Shown piece by piece: positions 60,097 through 64,000 of a stretch of DNA of 64,000 bases (position 1 is its first letter; the number at the start of each line of letters is the position of its first letter). The stretch spans positions 46,191 to 110,190 of the forward strand of contig CAVVRV010000027.1 of assembly GCA_963750625.1 (NCBI GenBank), read 5' to 3'. A program made the position numbers and the translations under genes. The notes below the pieces were generated by a model. It had not been told where the DNA came from, searched no databases, and was given only the letters and a program-made list of their open reading frames with translations. The stretch is from an uncultured Gammaproteobacteria bacterium (GTDB lineage: Bacteria > Pseudomonadota > Gammaproteobacteria > Acidiferrobacterales > Sulfurifustaceae).

Positions 60097-61195
60097 ATGC
60101 GACAGCTTGTTGCGCTTGTATTTCTCAGTTTCGTGGTGGCCTTCAATGCGAATGCCGATAACGACGACGTCCAGCAGGGCATTTTTGATGCCTATCTCAA
60201 GCTTGCCAGCGGAGGCGATGCGGTGGCGCAGTACGTCGTGGCGCAGCGCTATGAGACCGGCAAAGGCACAGCAAAAAATCAGGAAAGGGCAATGTACTGG
60301 TACGAGATGGCAGCCAAACAGAACTACCCGCTTGCTGTCGTCAAACTCGATGGTTACAAAAAAGAACAGGTAACAGCTGAGCCAGTCCTGACCGAAAAGG
60401 CACAGAAAGAACCGGAAAAAAAACCGCCGGCGCCTCCCAAGGAAACGGTTGCCAAACCAAAGGTGAAACCGGACGTCGTCCCTGTCGTTGCGGTGAAAGC
60501 ACCGCCTGTTCAGGCTAGCAAAGCCAAGCCTGCGGAACCGGTTGTCCGTACACGAAGAAGTAAAATCGGCGCCTCCCAAGGAAACGGTTGCCAAGCCAAA
60601 GGCGAAGCCGGACATCGCCCCGGTCGTTGTGGCGCAGGCACCGCCGGTTCAGGCCAGCAAACCCAAGCCGGCGGAACCGGTTGCACGCCACGAAGAAGTA
60701 AAACAGGAAGCAAGACTGCCGGCTCCTGAAGTCGTTGCCAAAGCGCCGGTAGTCGTGGAACCCCCCGCACCCAACATCAACGTGATGCAAGCGCTCCTGA
60801 CCGGAAAATGGAAACGAAACCTGCAGGATGCGGATTTCCTTCCCTCTGCGAATGCCGCCTGTCTACAAAGTAGCAACGCGGAGGTGGTGTGTTTTTCCAC
60901 GGAGCTTACTCGCAATCTGGACAATAACGGCCTGACATATAACGTCAAATCCGTCATTTCCGGCATTAACAACAAAGAAGCTAAATTCAACCTGCGCTAT
61001 ACCTACAATGTCGTGCACATTGCCGGTAAACCTCACGAACAAACAAACGGCATGCGCAATGAAGTCAATGATATGGCCGTGAAAACCGGCTGGCAGGAGC
61101 CCGGTGTCAGTATGGAGTGCCGCATGCGTGACGAGCGTTCGCTTACCTGTACTCGCGCCGATCGAAAAATGGCTTATCAATTCGTACGCGATTAG
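60097..61195 (+). CDS. Exported Sel1-repeat protein with Pro/Lys linker and four-Cys C-terminal domain (frameshift at about 60550)
   Basis: Signal peptide (ANA-D), AQYVVAQRYETGKGT..AMYWYEMAAKQ; the two ORFs join if one extra A is removed. Confidence 0.8.
60428..60704 (+). repeat. Tandem duplication of about 138 bp (46 aa) in the linker
   Basis: CGGCGCCTCCCAAGGAAACGGTTGCCAA at 60428 and 60567; both units end CACGAAGAAGTAAAA. Confidence 0.9.
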
Positions 61196-61287
61196 CCCCT
61201 GCTTCAACAGGACGTCTTTCGATAGTGCCGAGAATGCTCGTATGAATATCTGTCATGCAGGTAAGGAAACGGGGAACAAGGTGAATT

Positions 61288-62149
61288 ATGAATAAATCAT
61301 TTCATGGCGCATTGGTCTTTCTGGCAATACTTTGCCTCTGCCCGGCGGCATACGGCCAATCCGATAGCAAAGATAGTCAGGACGCGGAACTGAGATTCAG
61401 CATTCAGATGACATCGGCGCTGAACAACGACCCCAAGGCGCAATTCCTGGTAGCTGAAATGTACGAACAGGGTGTGGGCACTCCACAGAATCTCAGGATG
61501 GCCCATCTGTGGTATACCAAGTCAGCGAACCAGAAATACGCTCCAGCGATTAAAAGACTTGCCAGCTGGGGGAGCGAAACGCAGCAAACTGACGCCGCGC
61601 GTGAACGCGCCGAAGAACAGAAGCGCCGTCAGGCCGAAGCCGACGCAGCGGCGGCGGCCACGGCCAAGGCCACGCGTGAACGCGCCGAAGAACAGAAGCG
61701 CCGTCAGGCCGAAGCCGCGGCGGCGGCAGCGGCCACGGCCAAGGCCGCGCGTGAACGCGCCGAAGAACAGAAGCGCCGTCAGGCCGAAGCCGACGCAGCG
61801 GCGGCAGCGGCCACGGCCAAGGCCGCGCGTGAACGCGCCGAAGAACAGAAGCGCCGTCAGGCCGAAGCCGACGCAGCCGCGGCGGCCACGGCCAAGGCGC
61901 CGCGCCGAAGAACAGAAGCGCCGTCAGGCCGAAGCCGCGGCGGCAGCGGCGGCAGCGGCCACAACTACAGTAAAAGCGGCTCAGGCAGCTGAAACAGCGC
62001 CCGCCGCTAAGGAAAAACAGCCCGAAACCAATCGGCCGAAAGACAAGTCTAAAGGCACGACCGAGAAAACCGCCGAGAAAGCTGACATCGAATTCAAAGC
62101 CAACCCGTGCAAAACGCCGACCGCGAAGTTCACCTCAACTTGTCAGTAA
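61288..62149 (+). CDS. Exported Sel1-repeat protein with TolA-like helical repeats and C-terminal NPC..STC motif (frameshift near 61900)
   Basis: Signal peptide (AYG-Q), AQFLVAEMYEQGVGT..AHLWYTKSANQ; tail ..IEFKANPCKTPTAKFTSTCQ in the shifted frame. Confidence 0.8.
61594..61961 (+). repeat. Five near-identical 75-78 bp coding tandem repeats
   Basis: Units start at 61594, 61669, 61744, 61822 and about 61897 (ARERAEEQKRRQAEADAAAAATAKA). Confidence 0.93.
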
Positions 62150-62213
62150 TGTAACCTGACGGCGTGCCAGGGCTCGGTCTGACCGCACGGCATCATGCGT
62201 AATGGCTGTACAT

Positions 62214-64000
62214 TCATTCGCAGGTCGAAAGAAATCTTGCTGACGGGCCTTTGCAGGGGTTTGCGGTAAACATGGTCGGTTCGTTGTCTATTTCGTCGTT
62301 ACCAGCCACCGTGTCCGCATTTTGAGATGGAACATCAAACCCGGTCGACTTGTGAACAGCCGTATCAGCAGTAGTCCTTGTCTGAGGGGGCAACACAGGT
62401 TCAGGTTTTCTTTCCAGGACCACCGCGGCAGCCTCAACGGCGCGAGCCTCGTTCATTGGCCTTCTCTGCCGCCAGCGCTGACTGGTTCGCTCTCTCCCGT
62501 TCCCGGGCGAGAGCCATCTCACGTTCCGCGGCCAGTGCACGTTCCCGTGCCAACGCGACATTTCGCATGGCCTCACGTTCAGCCGCTTTGGCTGAAGCCA
62601 GAGCAGAATCACGCTCACGCTCAATTGATTTCAGCCTAGCCTCCCGCTCCGGATCCGTTTCGACCACGGCCTTTACGGTGTCCCCCGGGGGAACCGGAGA
62701 TATTCTCTCCAGCGGTTGGGTATCTGGAATGCGATCATTCACCGGTACGGCTCTCGCCGGCGTCACATCGGTCACCGTTGTCACATTCGCCACCGGTGCC
62801 ACCGCAGCCACAGAAGGCGGCGCGACTTTATCCGTTGCTGCCTGTGTAGGCCCCGATTGATGATTAGCGAAGAACCAGATAAGCGCAATGGACAGCAACA
62901 CCCCACCGACAACGGCGAAAGGAATGTATCGCTTTGCCATTGGCGCCCCATTTCGCGCCGCTAGCGCGCCAAGCTCACTGGAACTCTTTGCAATACCCGT
63001 GTCAGTAAGTTTCGCGCGCTGCGCATCGCCCGAGTAATCAGACGGCGGGACAACGGCCTTTGTCTGCCTGTTCCTCTCAGCCTGTGCTGATTCATCTGGC
63101 TGAAGATCAGGCTTCTCCACCTGTCGTTTCGAAGGTAAAGTTTGCAGCGGCAGTCTTTCCGTCTCGATCCCGCCACGGGTCTTGTGAGATCCCGCGCCAT
63201 TGAGCGGGGTCACAACTCTTTTTCGCGCCGGTGTCACGACACCGGCATCTGTAACCAGGGATGTTTCAGATGTCTTGGAAAAATTGGCATCTATCGAGCC
63301 CGCCCTTATATTTGGTTTCGACATCGGACTCGTGCTTCGCGCTCGGCGGGAGAGTGTTAACTGTCTTTCCGTATCCCTCCGTGAGCATCGCACTGTCTGC
63401 AACGTTCATCGCTCTGACGGCTACCATCTTGCGAGTTGTATGTGTCACGCTGGCGGCGGGCAACTTTGCCGCTTTCAAAGGACGTGTTTCCTTCACCGGC
63501 AGGTTTTGCTTCACACGGTCTTCCTGGGTAACGGCAAAAACCGGCAAGGCGCCATATTTCTCACGTTCGCTCACAACCTGTTCCACCAGATCACCGGTGA
63601 CCACCGCGGCCTGCGATGCATAGGCATAGACCAGGGCATAATCACACAAAAGATTAATCAGCCTCGGGATACCGCCGCAATGTTCGAAAACCGCATCGCA
63701 GGCATCCTCGCTGAAAAGTTCATGCTCGCCACCCGCCACGATGATGCGGTGACGAATATAAGCCCGCGTTTCTTCTTGGCTGAGCGATTCCAGATGATAG
63801 TCCACGGCAATTCTCTGGGCGAACTGCTCCAATTCGGGTCGCCGCAGAATTTCGCGCAATGGGGACTGGCCGACAAGAATCACCTGCAGCAACAGATCTT
63901 TTTCGGAGTTGATATTGGACAGCATGCGCAATTCTTCCAGTGCATCGGAAGACATGTTTTGCGCCTCATCGATGATCAGCATCGTTCGCCGATTTTTCGC
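62214..64000 (-). CDS. ExeA/GspA-family AAA ATPase with long linker, single TM, coiled coil and NPC..STC tail (5' end outside window; probable frameshifts near 63305 and 62455)
   Basis: Walker B LIIDEAQNM, LEELRMLSN, VILVGQ, GGIPRLINLLCD; downstream frames continue without their own obvious start. Confidence 0.8.

Noticed and set aside
61594-61961. Tandem repeats as a CRISPR array
   Set aside because: No unique spacers, period is a multiple of 3, in frame within a CDS, no cas genes

Overview
High-GC proteobacterial chromosome segment. Gene content (DsrC-like protein, aerobic-type rubrerythrin operon) suggests a sulfur-oxidising gammaproteobacterium such as Acidiferrobacterales/Sulfuricaulis; this is inference. 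Most of it is core housekeeping: metZ-purF-cvpA-dedD-folC-accD-trpABF-truA, parC/parE, pilBCD-coaE, argJ-secA-lpxC, the full dcw cluster and rnpB. Many essential genes are split by single-base indels, best read as uncorrected long-read errors, so internal breakpoints are approximate. Points of interest: (1) at the right end, a candidate sigma54-driven envelope module of two exported Sel1-repeat proteins converging on a membrane-anchored ExeA-like ATPase, where the ATPase and one Sel1 protein end in the same 18-aa two-cysteine motif FxANPCKxPxA[KR]FxSTC[QE]-stop, conserved at protein rather than DNA level; (2) a rubrerythrin/Fe-S oxidoreductase/DUF3501 operon containing an encapsulin-type ferritin without a targeting peptide, under a promoter overlapped by a perfect Irr/PerR-like box; (3) several small palindromic or mobile elements: a modular repeat family at three loci, an IS5-like MITE with a target duplication, a probable in-frame insert in ftsQ and a translationally coupled hairpin insert between murE and murF.
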